Notes: a model not told the origin generated them from the letters alone. DNA of 32,000 nt from an uncultured Actinomycetes bacterium (GCA_963843975.1 CAWJMG010000003.1:1230001-1262000); one strand, 5' to 3'. Shown: positions 1 to 9,469, numbered from the stretch's first letter. Program-made: numbers and translations.

Positions 1-6
1 CGCCCG

Positions 7-795
7 GTGAACGCCTCGCTGCGCATCTTCTTCCTCGGCGGCCTCACCAGCTACCGGGCGCTCTTCACCTGGATCACGCCGTGGGTGCTGATCCCCACGT
101 TCATCGTCGCGCCGTTGATGGAGCTTCTGTTCTTCGCCTTCGTCGGCAAGGACGCCGGTGTCGGCGACAGCACCTTCTTCCTGATCGGCGCCAGCGTGCT
201 CGCGGCCGCGATCCCGGCGCTGTTCGCCATGGGCAACACGATCGCCGACGAGCGCCGCACCCAGACGCTCGGCCTTCTGCTCGTGAGCCCCGCGCGACGC
301 CTTCCTCTGTTCCTCGGGCGCGCGCTCCCGGTGATCCTCAACGGATTCCTCGTCTCGTTGGTCTCGCTCGTGCTCGGCTCGCTGGTCCTGCGAGTCTCGC
401 TGCCGCCGTCGACCTGGCTGCCACTGCTCACGGTGCTCGCGATCACGTCGTTCTCGTGCACCGGGCTCGGCCTCACGGGTGCTGCCATCGGCCTGCGCGT
501 CCGTGAGACGGCCACCCTGTCCAACGTGATCCTCGGCCTGCTGATCGTGTTCGGAGGCGCGTACGCCGCCGTCTCGTCGCTTCCCGGGTGGATGCAGCAG
601 GTCTCGCACGTCCTGCCGCTGTCGCACGGGATGGAGGCCGGCCGGGCGATCGCGTCGGGCGTGCCCTTCACCGACGTGCTCCCGCTGCTGCGCGACGAGG
701 TCGCGATCGGCCTGGTCTACTCGGTGATCGGCATGGCGCTGCTGTTCTACTTCGAGCGGCAGAGCCGGCGCCACGCGACTCTGGAGCTGGCGTGA
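7..795 (+). CDS. ABC-2 type transporter permease
   Basis: 262-aa ORF. GTG at 7 overlaps a TGA at 8-10 (GTGA coupling to an upstream gene running off the window, presumably the ATPase). Multiple hydrophobic helices, ABC-2 permease-like sequence, high GC3. Confidence 0.75.
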   Translation: MNASLRIFFLGGLTSYRALFTWITPWVLIPTFIVAPLMELLFFAFVGKDAGVGDSTFFLIGASVLAAAIPALFAMGNTIADERRTQTLGLLLVSPARRLPLFLGRALPVILNGFLVSLVSLVLGSLVLRVSLPPSTWLPLLTVLAITSFSCTGLGLTGAAIGLRVRETATLSNVILGLLIVFGGAYAAVSSLPGWMQQVSHVLPLSHGMEAGRAIASGVPFTDVLPLLRDEVAIGLVYSVIGMALLFYFERQSRRHATLELA

Positions 796-816
796 CAACC
801 GCCGCCTGGCCGCGGC

Positions 817-1353
817 TCAGGCGGAGTGGAGCCAACGGTCGAGGCGGCGGCTCAGCCACGGGACGCCCGCCCACACCATGAACGGCACGAGGATCAGCGT
901 CGTCGCGAGGACGCGCACCGGCAGCGGCCAGCCGCCGACCACCGGGCCGAGGACCAGCTGCACCAGCAGCGACGCTGGATAGATCGCCAGCGCGATCACC
1001 ACCGCGGTCTTCCACCGCGGCACCGGCGAGGAGCTGGTGGACGGCGCGAAGATCGACTCGAAGCCGCTCAGCACCTCGGCCCGTGCCGGTCCCGCGAGCA
1101 GCTCGTCAGCCCTGGCCAGCCACGCCTCGCGCTCGTCGCTGCGCTCCCAGAACTGCACGGCGTCGGCGTTCGCCCACGAGATCGCGACGACGAGGTCGCC
1201 GTCCGCGTCGTGCGTCTCCATCAGCTCGCCGGCGACGTACCCCGGGAATCGCTCCGCCAGATCGATCAGCCCTTCCGCCCACTGGGCCAGCTCGGCCTCG
1301 TGGCCGCGGGCCGGGCGGCGGGAGACGACGACGGTGACGGGCAGCTGGTCCAT
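817..1353 (-). CDS. antibiotic-biosynthesis-monooxygenase (ABM)-like domain protein with C-terminal transmembrane helices
   Basis: 178-aa ORF. The N-terminal ~100 aa resemble an ABM/ferredoxin-like fold (VVVSRRPARGHEAELAQWAEGL...AISWANADAVQFWERSDER). The C-terminal half is hydrophobic with 2-3 TM segments. Confidence 0.6.
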   Translation of the reverse strand: MDQLPVTVVVSRRPARGHEAELAQWAEGLIDLAERFPGYVAGELMETHDADGDLVVAISWANADAVQFWERSDEREAWLARADELLAGPARAEVLSGFESIFAPSTSSSPVPRWKTAVVIALAIYPASLLVQLVLGPVVGGWPLPVRVLATTLILVPFMVWAGVPWLSRRLDRWLHSA

Positions 1354-1474
1354 GTCAGGTGCAACCGTCTCCGCACACGATCACTTCCGTGACACCGACC
1401 ACGTCTGGCGCAGGACAGGCGTCGCTGTCGGCGCGAGGCCTAGTGTCGAGACGCAGCGCACGGAGAGGCGATCC

Positions 1475-2233
1475 ATGAGGGGCACGACGACCTACCGCCA
1501 CGACGACGACCTCGCGGTCACGCGCGACGTCCTCGCCGCTGCTCGGCGAGTGCTGGTCCTCACCGGTGCAGGCGTGAGCCGGGCCTCCGGGCTGCCGACG
1601 TACCGCGGCAAGGGCGGCATCTACGAGGACTCCGAGATCGCGGCCCTGCACCACAGCGCCGGGCTTCCCGGGTCGCTGCCCGAGCTGTGGGCCTACTGGG
1701 GCCCGCGTCGGCAGTCCATCCTCGCCGCTGAGCCCAACCCGGCGCACCGCGCGATCTCCGCGTACCAGTCGGACTCCCTGGCCGACGGCCGAGCGGTGAC
1801 GCTCGCGACGCAGAACATCGACGATCTGCACGAGCGCGGCGGCAGCCCGCAGGTCGCGCACCTGCACGGGACCCTGTTCGCCACGCACTGCTACGCACGA
1901 TGCGGGTACTCCGTGCCGCGCGACGTCACGCCGTACGCGGACACCCCCACCTGTCCGCAGTGCGGCAGCTGGCTGCGGCCGTCGGTGGTGCTGTTCGGCG
2001 AGCAGCTCGATGTCGACGCCCACATGACCGCGCGGCGGTCGGTGCGCGAGTGCGACCTGCTCCTCGCTGTCGGCACGTCCGGCGAGGTGAGCACGGCCGC
2101 CGACCTCATCCGCTACGCCTCCGACGTCGGCGCGACGCTCGTGACGGTGGATCCTGCCGAGCACGTGCCGCCGATCTTCAACGTGCACGTGCAGATGCCC
2201 GCCGAGGACGCGCTCCCCCGCATCCTGCTGTAG
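1475..2233 (+). CDS. cobB: Sir2-family NAD-dependent protein deacylase
   Basis: ATG at 1475 preceded by GGAGAGG (1463-1469). Motifs GAGVSRASGLPTYRG and QNIDDLHERGG, plus Zn-binding CxxC...CPQCG. The longer ORF-track start at 1037 is antisense to the 817-1353 gene and was not used. Confidence 0.85.
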   Translation: MRGTTTYRHDDDLAVTRDVLAAARRVLVLTGAGVSRASGLPTYRGKGGIYEDSEIAALHHSAGLPGSLPELWAYWGPRRQSILAAEPNPAHRAISAYQSDSLADGRAVTLATQNIDDLHERGGSPQVAHLHGTLFATHCYARCGYSVPRDVTPYADTPTCPQCGSWLRPSVVLFGEQLDVDAHMTARRSVRECDLLLAVGTSGEVSTAADLIRYASDVGATLVTVDPAEHVPPIFNVHVQMPAEDALPRILL

Positions 2234-2245
2234 CGGCGTACGCCG

Positions 2246-3055
2246 TCAGCAGGTCGCGAAGGCGTAGCCCGGCCTGCCCCGTGCGACGAGGCCGCGATCG
2301 CGGTACACGATGCTGATCCGCGAACCCCGTGCGGCACAGGCGGATCGGAAGTTCGCTCGGCCACCCGCGTCGGTGTACTCGATCTCGATCACGTGGTCGC
2401 CGTACACGGCGGTGAAGGCACCGCACTCGGCATAGACCTGGCACTCCTCGGCCACCGCGAAGTCGAACCGCGTCGTGCTGCGCAGCCGCAGCATGTCGAC
2501 GTCGTTCTTCTGCGCGACGGCGAGACCGCGGGCATGCGCGTGCGCGACGAGGGCGCCGGCGTAGCCCGCGTTGTGACGCATCGTGAGCCGGCCGCGCGAG
2601 CGCGTCCACGAGTCGAGATTGTCGGGCTCGACGGCGCGGAAGCCCTTCGCCGCGCACCGTGCGAGCCAGATGTCGGCCACGGCGAGCAGCTCGCGCCGCT
2701 TGGCCGAGGTCGACGTGTCGAGCAGGGTCTCGTCCGGCCAGTCGGGATCGGCCACGAGGCGGCCGGCCCGGTCGCGCAGCAGCAGCGACGGATGGTGGGC
2801 CCGCCACCACGGCCGCGTGCCCGGCTGGGTCTGGAAGGCGTTGACGTAGCAGATGCCGTAGGTGCCCGGCGCCGGAGTCGAGGTGACGTCGCGCGTCACC
2901 ACCGTGACCCCGGCCGCCGGCGCGTAGGCGGCGCCGAGCTGGTAGTCGACCGCGGCGTCGACCGGCGGCGGCACGACGTCCACGCCGTACGCCGGTGCAG
3001 CGCCGACGAGGAGCGCGAGCCCCGCCACCACGGCACCGACCAAGCGGCTGCGCAT
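2246..3055 (-). CDS. secreted glycoside hydrolase family 114-like protein (endo-alpha-1,4-polygalactosaminidase family)
   Basis: 269-aa ORF with an N-terminal signal peptide (MRSRLVGAVVAGLALLVGAAPAYG). GH114-like motifs ICYVNAFQTQ and EPDNLD. Last gene of the minus-strand operon. Confidence 0.7.
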   Translation of the reverse strand: MRSRLVGAVVAGLALLVGAAPAYGVDVVPPPVDAAVDYQLGAAYAPAAGVTVVTRDVTSTPAPGTYGICYVNAFQTQPGTRPWWRAHHPSLLLRDRAGRLVADPDWPDETLLDTSTSAKRRELLAVADIWLARCAAKGFRAVEPDNLDSWTRSRGRLTMRHNAGYAGALVAHAHARGLAVAQKNDVDMLRLRSTTRFDFAVAEECQVYAECGAFTAVYGDHVIEIEYTDAGGRANFRSACAARGSRISIVYRDRGLVARGRPGYAFATC

Positions 3056-3061
3056 GGCGGC

Positions 3062-4234
3062 CTACGGCGTCCAGCCGGCGCTGAGGCCCTCGAGGTGGCT
3101 CGACTCGGCGAAGCTGCGCATCGAGGCGTTGCCGTCGGCGTACCAGGTGAGCGTGGTGAGCGACGCCGGAGCGAGCTCCATGCGGTTCATCGACGACAGC
3201 GGGGAGCCGAGGGCACGAGCCGTGAGCGCCCGGATCGAGCCGACGTGCGCGGCGACGACGATGCGCGCGCCGCGGTGCTCGGCGAGGACGCCGTCCAGCG
3301 CCGCACCGACCCGGTCGAAGACCTGCTGCAGGGACTCGCCGCCGGGCGGCGCCACCTGCGGCGACTCCAGCCATGCCGACATCTCCGACGGCCAGCGCGC
3401 CATCACCTCGGCGAACGTGAGGCCGTCCCACTCGCCGAAGCGCGCCTCCTCGAGGCCGGGCACCGGCACGGGCACGAGCCCGAGGTGGCGCGCGATCACT
3501 TCAGCGGTCTGACGGGTGCGCTGCATCGGCGAGCAGAGCAGGACGTCGGCCCCGCCCCGGCGCGCCACCTCGAGCGCGGCCGCCTCGGCCTGCGCGAGGC
3601 CCTGGTCGATCAGGGGCGGGTCGAAGCGCCCGCCCGAGCCGGAGAAGCGACGCTCGACCGAGTGCTGCGTGACGCCATGCCGCACGATCACCGTGACCGT
3701 CGGGGTGCCGATGTCCGGGCCCCATCCGACGATCGCCGGGCGCGGCCCCGGCGGCACCGGGTCGGCCTCGACCTCGGTCTCGTACGAGTCGGCCACGACG
3801 CGCCGGATGCTGCCGTCGCGACCGCGCTCGACGGCGTCCATCGACTCGTTCGCCAGCGCGTCCGCCGCCTTGTTCCGCTCACGCGGGACCCAGGTGAACG
3901 TGACGCGCTCGCGCGGCATGACGTCGCGGGCCTCGAGCGCGATCCGGCGCAGCGTCTCGTTCTTGATCGCCCAGCGGCCGCTCATCTGCTCGACCACGAG
4001 CTTGGAGTCCAGGCGCGCCTCGACGTGGGCCTCGGGGTCGACCTCCATCGCGGCGCGCAGGCCCTCGAGCAGCCCGGTGTACTCCGCGACGTTGTTGGTC
4101 GTGTGGCCGAGGTGCCCGGCGAGCTCGACGAGCGCCTCGCCCGTCGCGGCCTCGCGGACGACCGCGCCGTACGCCGCGGGCCCGGGGTTGCCGCGCGACC
4201 CGCCGTCGGCCTCGACGACGAGACGACGGTTCAC
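3062..4234 (-). CDS. bifunctional RNase H / histidine-phosphatase (acid phosphatase, CobC-like) protein, Rv2228c-like
   Basis: GTG at 4234-4232 overlaps the TGA (4233-4231) of the upstream gene. N-terminal RNase H domain (LVVEADGGSRGNPGPAAYGAVV...NNVAEYTGLLEGL). C-terminal phosphoglycerate-mutase-family domain (VIVRHGVTQHS...). The ORF-track start at 4480 lies inside the upstream gene and was rejected. Confidence 0.85.
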   Translation of the reverse strand: MNRRLVVEADGGSRGNPGPAAYGAVVREAATGEALVELAGHLGHTTNNVAEYTGLLEGLRAAMEVDPEAHVEARLDSKLVVEQMSGRWAIKNETLRRIALEARDVMPRERVTFTWVPRERNKAADALANESMDAVERGRDGSIRRVVADSYETEVEADPVPPGPRPAIVGWGPDIGTPTVTVIVRHGVTQHSVERRFSGSGGRFDPPLIDQGLAQAEAAALEVARRGGADVLLCSPMQRTRQTAEVIARHLGLVPVPVPGLEEARFGEWDGLTFAEVMARWPSEMSAWLESPQVAPPGGESLQQVFDRVGAALDGVLAEHRGARIVVAAHVGSIRALTARALGSPLSSMNRMELAPASLTTLTWYADGNASMRSFAESSHLEGLSAGWTP

Positions 4235-4974
4235 AGACCGGACTCCGGCGTGCGCACCAGGATCCGGCGGCACTCCTCGCAGCGCAGCACCTCGTCCGGC
4301 GCAGCGGTGCGGATGCGGCCGATGTCGGTCGGCGTGAGCTCCATGCGGCAGCCCTCGCACCGGCGCTGGTGCAGCGCAGCCGCGCCGACCCCGTTGTGGT
4401 CGGCGCGCAGCTTGTCGTACAGCGCGAGCAGGTCGGAGGGGATCTCGGGCAGCACCTTCGTGCGCTCGGAGCCGACCCACTCCTTGTCCCGGTCGCCGTC
4501 AGCCCAGGCCGCGTCCCGCTCGGCCTTCAGCCGGTCGATGTCGGCGGTGATGGCGTCGCGCTCGGCGGTGACGGTGGCGAGAGCCGCGCGTGCGTCCTCG
4601 AGCTTCTCCATCACCTCGAGCTCGGAGTCCTCCAGGTCGGACTGGCGGCGGGCGAGCGACTCGACCTCGTGCTGGAGGTTCTCGAGCTCCTTCGCCGACC
4701 CGACGCGGCCGGAGAGAAGCAGCTCCTGGTCCTTGGCGGCGCGCTGGCGCACCTGCTCGACGTCGGTCTCGGCCTTGGCCATGACGCGCTCGAGGTCGCT
4801 GACCTCGGTCTCGCCCGCGACGACCCGGTCGCGGACACCGGCGTACTTCCCCTCGAGCTCGGCGATCTGGGCGAGCTGCGGGAGCGTACGGCGACGGTGC
4901 TCGATCTGGTCGAGACGGGCGTCGAGCGCCTGCAGGTCGAGCAGGCGGAGCTGGACAGCGGGCTCGGCGTTCAC
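4231..4974 (-). CDS. zinc-ribbon / coiled-coil protein (DUF164, Rv2229c-like)
   Basis: 247-aa ORF. GTG at 4974 preceded by GAGGAG. Long coiled-coil region, then a C-terminal CEGC...CEEC zinc ribbon. Conserved position between the Nif3 and RNase H genes. Confidence 0.8.
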   Translation of the reverse strand: MNAEPAVQLRLLDLQALDARLDQIEHRRRTLPQLAQIAELEGKYAGVRDRVVAGETEVSDLERVMAKAETDVEQVRQRAAKDQELLLSGRVGSAKELENLQHEVESLARRQSDLEDSELEVMEKLEDARAALATVTAERDAITADIDRLKAERDAAWADGDRDKEWVGSERTKVLPEIPSDLLALYDKLRADHNGVGAAALHQRRCEGCRMELTPTDIGRIRTAAPDEVLRCEECRRILVRTPESGL

Positions 4975-5013
4975 CGGTCTCCTCGATGTTCTGGTGTCAG
5001 TGGTGCGGTCGAG

Positions 5014-5829
5014 CTACAGGCGTGCGGTCCACGGGTCGGTCACGATCTCCGACACGCGGGCCTCCACCGTAACGCCGTCGGCGGCCAGGTCCGACACGAG
5101 CAGCGCTGCGGCCCGCGCCAGCCACGGCCACTCCGACGCCCAGTGGGCGACGTCGAGCAGCGCGGGGCCACCCGCGGCGAGATGGTCGAGCGCCACGTGG
5201 TGCTTGAGGTCGGCGGTCAGGAACGCGTCGACACCGGCGGCCGCCGCCGCGCCCAGGGCGTCGGAGCCCGAGCCGCCGCACACGGCGACCCGGCGCACGG
5301 GCTGGTGCAGGTCGCCGGCGATGCGGACGCCGTGGGCGGTGGTCGGCAGCCCTACGAGCACCCGCTCGGCGAACGACCCGAGGGTCTCCCCCGCGGGCGC
5401 GACGCCGATCCGCCCGAGGCCCGTGACGCCGTCCGCGGCGGGCGCGAGCGGAACGAGATCGGTGAGGCCGACGGCCTCGGCCAGGGCGTCCGAGACGCCG
5501 TCGAGCGCGACGTCCGCGTTGGTGTGCGCTGCCAGCAGCGCGCAGCCGGCGACGATGAGCCGGTGGACCACGGTGCCGGCGGGAGTGGTGGCCGCCACCG
5601 ACGACACCGGCCGCAGCAGCAGCGGGTGGTGCGTGACCAGCAGGTCGGCGCCCCACGCCGAGGCCTCGGTCACGACCTCCTCGGTCGGGTCGACGGCGAA
5701 GAGCACGCGGAGGACCGGCGCGGACGGGTCGCCGCAGACCAGGCCCACGGCGTCCCACGGCTCGGCCCCCGCCGGGTCGTAACGGCGGTGCACGGCGGCG
5801 ACGATGTCCGCGACGGTGGGCTCGCTCAT
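5014..5829 (-). CDS. Nif3-like dinuclear metal centre protein (GTP cyclohydrolase 1 type 2 homologue)
   Basis: 271-aa ORF with Nif3 hallmarks (DAVGLVCGDP..., LLVTHHPLLL, AHTNADVA, C-terminal GGSGSD...DLKHH). Confidence 0.85.
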   Translation of the reverse strand: MSEPTVADIVAAVHRRYDPAGAEPWDAVGLVCGDPSAPVLRVLFAVDPTEEVVTEASAWGADLLVTHHPLLLRPVSSVAATTPAGTVVHRLIVAGCALLAAHTNADVALDGVSDALAEAVGLTDLVPLAPAADGVTGLGRIGVAPAGETLGSFAERVLVGLPTTAHGVRIAGDLHQPVRRVAVCGGSGSDALGAAAAAGVDAFLTADLKHHVALDHLAAGGPALLDVAHWASEWPWLARAAALLVSDLAADGVTVEARVSEIVTDPWTARL

Positions 5830-5968
5830 GCCCGGAGCCTACGAGGCCGTCCGCCGATGTGGCCTGACGCACGTGCTTCGCGGCGCCATCGGTGGGAATG
5901 TGAACGCCGGGCGCCGGCGTTCTGACCGGTGCACCGCACGCACCGACCAACGACCCTGGAGAAGTCCC

Positions 5969-6346
5969 GTGGCATCGATCGAACTGACGGGTGAGGTCTT
6001 CGACGAGACCGTCACGACCAACGACATCGTCTTCGTGGACTTCTGGGCAGAGTGGTGCGGCCCGTGCCGCAACTTCGCCCCGGTCTTCGAGAAGGCCTCC
6101 GAGGCGCACCCGGACGTCGTGTTCGGCAAGGTCGACACCGAGGCGGAGCAGGCGCTCGCCGGTGCCGCCGGCATCTCGTCGATCCCGACGCTCATGGCCT
6201 TCCGCGAGGGCGTGCTGCTCTACTCGCAGCCCGGCGCCCTCCGCGACGCGCAGCTCGAGCAGCTCATCAGCGCCGTGAAGAACGTCGACATGACCGAGGT
6301 CCACGCCCAGATCGCCGCGCAGAAGGCCTCCGCCACCGAGGCCTGA
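5969..6346 (+). CDS. thioredoxin
   Basis: GTG at 5969 preceded by GGAGAAG. WCGPC active site (FVDFWAEWCGPCRNFAP). About 125 aa. The earlier ORF-track start at 5804 overlaps the Nif3 start region. Confidence 0.85.
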   Translation: MASIELTGEVFDETVTTNDIVFVDFWAEWCGPCRNFAPVFEKASEAHPDVVFGKVDTEAEQALAGAAGISSIPTLMAFREGVLLYSQPGALRDAQLEQLISAVKNVDMTEVHAQIAAQKASATEA

Positions 6347-6360
6347 GCCCCCGCCGTACG

Positions 6361-6402
6361 ACGAAGGCCCCGCACGTCCGTGAGGACGTGCGGGGCCTTC
6401 GT
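6361..6402. terminator. bidirectional intrinsic-terminator-like hairpin between convergent thioredoxin and helicase genes
   Basis: Perfect 19-bp stem: acgaaggccccgcacgtcc (6361-6379) pairs with ggacgtgcggggccttcgt (6384-6402), with loop gtga. Confidence 0.7.
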
Positions 6403-6412
6403 GCTGCGTGGA

Positions 6413-7984
6413 CTAGCGGCTGCGGCGACCGGCGCCGGCCGAGAACTCCGAGACCGAGCGGCGCGGAGCCGCACCGGCCGAGGATCCGCTGCGCGAGCTG
6501 CGCTGACCGCCCTGGCTCGACGACTGCTTCGGGGACGACGACGATCCGCTGCGCGGGCTGCGCTGAGATCCGCCGTTGCCGCCGCCGTTGCGCGAGCGAC
6601 CGCCGCCGCCGCCGTTGCCGCCGCGCGAGCGACCGCCGGAGGCCGGCTCCTCGCGCCGGGCGACCGGCTCGACGAACGCGGCACGCGGGCCGGTGAGCTC
6701 GAGCAGCTCGGGCGAGCCCGGCTGCACCGACGACAGGGCCGGACGGATGCCCGCCTTGCGCGTCATCTGCGTGACGTCGCCGCGCTGGGCGGAGGTCTGC
6801 AGGGTGACGACGATGCCGGAGGCACCGGCGCGAGCCGTGCGGCCCGAGCGGTGCAGGTAGGCCTTGTGCTCGGTCGGCGGGTCGACGTGCACGACGAGCG
6901 CGATGTCGTCGACGTGGATGCCGCGGGCTGCGACGTCGGTCGCGACGAGCACCTTCACCTCGCCGCTGCGGAACGCCTCGAGGTTCCGCGTGCGGGCGTT
7001 CTGCGCGAGGTTGCCGTGCAGGTCGACCGCGGGCACACCGGCGAGGGTGAGGTCGCGGGCGAGCTTGCGGGCGCCGTGCTTGGTGCGCATGAAGAGCACC
7101 GAGCGGCTCTCGCCGGAGGCGAGCTCGTGCACGACCGCGGGCTTGTCGCCGGCGGTCACGGTGAGGACGTGGTGCTCCATGTCGGGCTCGGTGCGCACGT
7201 CGTCGTCGACGGAGTGCGTGACCGGGTTCGACAGGTAGCGGCGCACGAGCACGTCGACGCCGTTGTCGAGCGTGGCGGAGAACAGCAGGCGCTGGCCGTC
7301 GGACGGCGTGGTGTCCATGATCCGGCGTACGCCGGGGAGGAAGCCGAGGTCGGCCATGTGGTCGGCCTCGTCGAGGACGGTGACGGTGACGTCGTCCAGG
7401 TGCACGTGCCCCTGGCGCATGAGGTCCTCGAGACGGCCGGGGCACGCGACGACGATGTCGGCGCCGCGCTGCAGCGCCTTCACCTGGCCGCCCTGGCCGA
7501 CGCCGCCGTAGATGGTCATGGTCGACAGGCCCGCGGCCTCGGCGAGCGGGAGCAGCGTGTCGTGCACCTGCGTGGCGAGCTCGCGGGTCGGGAGCAGCAC
7601 GAGCGCGCGCGGGCGACCGCGGCCGGCCTTGCGGCGCTCGGTGGCGAGGCGCGCGACCAGGGGCAGCGCGAACGCGATGGTCTTGCCGCTGCCGGTGCGG
7701 CCGCGGCCGAGCACGTCGCGGCCCGACAGGGAGTCGGGCAGCGTCGCGGACTGGATGGGGAACGCCGACTCGATGCCCTGCTTGGCAAGGACGTCGACGA
7801 GGTTCTGCGGCACGCCGAGGACGGCGAAGTCGGTGCTGACCGGCGCCTTCGCCACGGTGGGCCCGGCGACGGGTGCCGGCGTGTTGGGCAGCCCGGTGCT
7901 CGGGTTCATGCCCTTGGTGCCGTTGGTGCGGCGGCGCGGCCTGTCGCGGCGCGCGTCGTCACGGGTGTTCGTGGTGATGGTCAT
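6413..7984 (-). CDS. DEAD-box ATP-dependent RNA helicase with Arg/Gly/Ser-rich C-terminal tail
   Basis: ATG at 7984 preceded by GGAAGG. Q-motif (FPIQ), GRTGSGKT, DEAD (VLDEADHM), SAT and HRSGRTARAG motifs. The ORF-track start at 8113 adds 43 non-conserved residues. Confidence 0.9.
   Translation of the reverse strand: MTITTNTRDDARRDRPRRRTNGTKGMNPSTGLPNTPAPVAGPTVAKAPVSTDFAVLGVPQNLVDVLAKQGIESAFPIQSATLPDSLSGRDVLGRGRTGSGKTIAFALPLVARLATERRKAGRGRPRALVLLPTRELATQVHDTLLPLAEAAGLSTMTIYGGVGQGGQVKALQRGADIVVACPGRLEDLMRQGHVHLDDVTVTVLDEADHMADLGFLPGVRRIMDTTPSDGQRLLFSATLDNGVDVLVRRYLSNPVTHSVDDDVRTEPDMEHHVLTVTAGDKPAVVHELASGESRSVLFMRTKHGARKLARDLTLAGVPAVDLHGNLAQNARTRNLEAFRSGEVKVLVATDVAARGIHVDDIALVVHVDPPTEHKAYLHRSGRTARAGASGIVVTLQTSAQRGDVTQMTRKAGIRPALSSVQPGSPELLELTGPRAAFVEPVARREEPASGGRSRGGNGGGGGRSRNGGGNGGSQRSPRSGSSSSPKQSSSQGGQRSSRSGSSAGAAPRRSVSEFSAGAGRRSR
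6420..6660. repeat. imperfect tandem and direct repeats encoding the helicase RGG/SR tail
   Basis: gatccgctgcgcgagctgcgctga (6483-6506) recurs as gatccgctgcgcgggctgcgctga (6543-6566), 23/24 identical with a 60-nt period. Iterated gccgcc(gtt)gcgcgagcgaccgcc units lie at about 6570-6640. Confidence 0.6.
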
Positions 7985-8312
7985 GGGACCTTCCGGGTCA
8001 GGGTGGTCACCCGCATGACAGCGCGCAGCCCGCTCGTGCTGAGCGAGGGCGCACAGGGATGCGTCGTCGGTGACCGTGGTGCGTTCCCGTGCGGGTGCAC
8101 CGCAACCGGTCACTGGGCCGGAGGCTCGGGGCGCTGCGCTGTTGGAGCGCGTCCCCGTCGTGAGAAGGGATTCGCCGCGGGGTCAGTGCCACCCGGTGCT
8201 CGGCGAGATGTCCCCAGGGTACCGGACATCGTGCGCCGTCCCGACCACGCGCCACGTCACGACGGTGTGACGAAGCCCGCGTACGCAGACATCGTGCGCC
8301 CCGAGGTCCACC

Positions 8313-9182
8313 ATGGCCGTGGGGGACGGGGACGGAGCGACCATGAGGAGCACGAGGCCGACGCGCGCCGCGCTGCGTCTGGCGGTCGGGTACGGCGCCG
8401 TGTCGTTCGTCTGGATCCTCACCTCCGATCGTCTCGCGAGCCGGCTCGCCTTCGGCAACGACGACGCCGAGCGCTACCTGCAGTCGGTCAAGGGACTCGG
8501 GTTCGTCGCGATCACCGCCATCGGGCTGTACGTGGTCTCGCTGCGCTACCTCCGTCGTGTCGATGACTCGACCACGCGCCTGCAGTCGGCGTACGACGAC
8601 ACGCTCGCAGGATGGGCGGCTGCCCTCGACATCCGTGACCGCTCGACCGCGCAGCACACCGAGCGGGTGACCCGACGCACCGTCGAGCTGGCGAGGCGGT
8701 TCGGCTTCGAGGGCCGGGCGCTGGACGACGTACGGCGAGGGGCGACGCTGCACGACATCGGGAAGATGGGCGTCCCCGACGATGTCCTGGGCAAGAACGG
8801 TCCGCTCACCGACGACGAGTGGGTGCAGATGCGACGTCACCCCGAGCTCGCCGTGCAGATGCTCCAGGGCATCGAGTACCTGCGGTCGTCACTGGCGATC
8901 CCCCGCTGCCACCACGAGAAGTGGGACGGCAGCGGCTACCCCGGTGGACTCGTGCGCGAGCAGATCCCCATGGAGGCGCGGCTCTTCGCGGTCGTCGACG
9001 TGTACGACGCGATCACGTCGGTGCGGCCGTACCGGCAGCCCATGGAGCCCCACGAGGCGCGCGAGACGATCCGCGAGGGATCCGGCACCCACTTCGACCC
9101 GACGGTCGTGGAGGCGTTCCTCCAACTGCTCGACGCGGAGACTGTGGTGGAGGCAGGGCGAGGGCCCGCCACCCCCCAGTAG
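8313..9182 (+). CDS. membrane-anchored HD-GYP domain protein (putative cyclic-di-GMP phosphodiesterase)
   Basis: 289-aa ORF. Two N-terminal TM helices, then an HD-GYP domain (HDIGKMGVPDDVL..., HHEKWDGSGYPGGL). An alternative start at 8343 is possible. Confidence 0.8.
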   Translation: MAVGDGDGATMRSTRPTRAALRLAVGYGAVSFVWILTSDRLASRLAFGNDDAERYLQSVKGLGFVAITAIGLYVVSLRYLRRVDDSTTRLQSAYDDTLAGWAAALDIRDRSTAQHTERVTRRTVELARRFGFEGRALDDVRRGATLHDIGKMGVPDDVLGKNGPLTDDEWVQMRRHPELAVQMLQGIEYLRSSLAIPRCHHEKWDGSGYPGGLVREQIPMEARLFAVVDVYDAITSVRPYRQPMEPHEARETIREGSGTHFDPTVVEAFLQLLDAETVVEAGRGPATPQ

Positions 9183-9469
9183 GTGACGGGCCCTCGAGCG
9201 GGTGACGAGCACCGCTCCGAGGAGCAGTCCGGCTCGCAGGTCACCCGAGCCTTGACCCGGCCTAGGTTCGGCCGGGCATGAGAACCATCTCCTGGGGATG
9301 TGAACAGTCCGTTTCGTCCCTGATGCGAGGAGGTCAACCTTTTCTCCCTGCGCGAGGGCGAACGGAGGCACCACGAACAAGGTGGGCGCAGAGTCCCCTA
9401 CTGGCGGCGGTCCCAGCGCGCATGACGCGGGGCGCGGCTGCCGCCAGCGGGGGCCCACGTCCCCGACGG

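Noticed and set aside
4235-4480. Extended start (4480) for the RNase H/phosphatase gene, and likewise 8113 for the helicase, 10634 for ahpE and 12469 for DUF3052
   Set aside because: The extensions overlap upstream genes or intergenic DNA and lack conservation-like sequence. Internal starts with good SD sequences or stop-start overlaps are available (4234, 7984, 10568, 11989).
2393-5782. 1129-aa ORF on the + strand, the longest in the track
   Set aside because: It runs antisense across four minus-strand genes with clear family signatures (GH114-like, RNase H/phosphatase, zinc-ribbon, Nif3). Its translation is Arg/Ala/Gly/Pro-rich low complexity, typical of stop-poor off-frames in 72% GC DNA.
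6420-6660. Repetitive DNA that could be mistaken for a CRISPR-like or minisatellite array
   Set aside because: The repeats are imperfect, lie in frame inside the helicase coding region, and have no unique spacers. They simply encode the low-complexity RGG/SR tail.
6052-6696. ORFs on both strands running through the thioredoxin/helicase terminator (6052-6696 +, 6220-6684 -)
   Set aside because: They cross a perfect 19-bp terminator hairpin and overlap two well-supported genes out of frame, so they are high-GC artefacts.
9290-9345. Hammerhead-ribozyme-like fragments (CTGATG... and ...GAAAC on the opposite strand) in the lower-GC patch near tRNA-Val
   Set aside because: The conserved CUGAUGA core is not intact, and I could not draw a stem II / GAAA / stem I-III arrangement.
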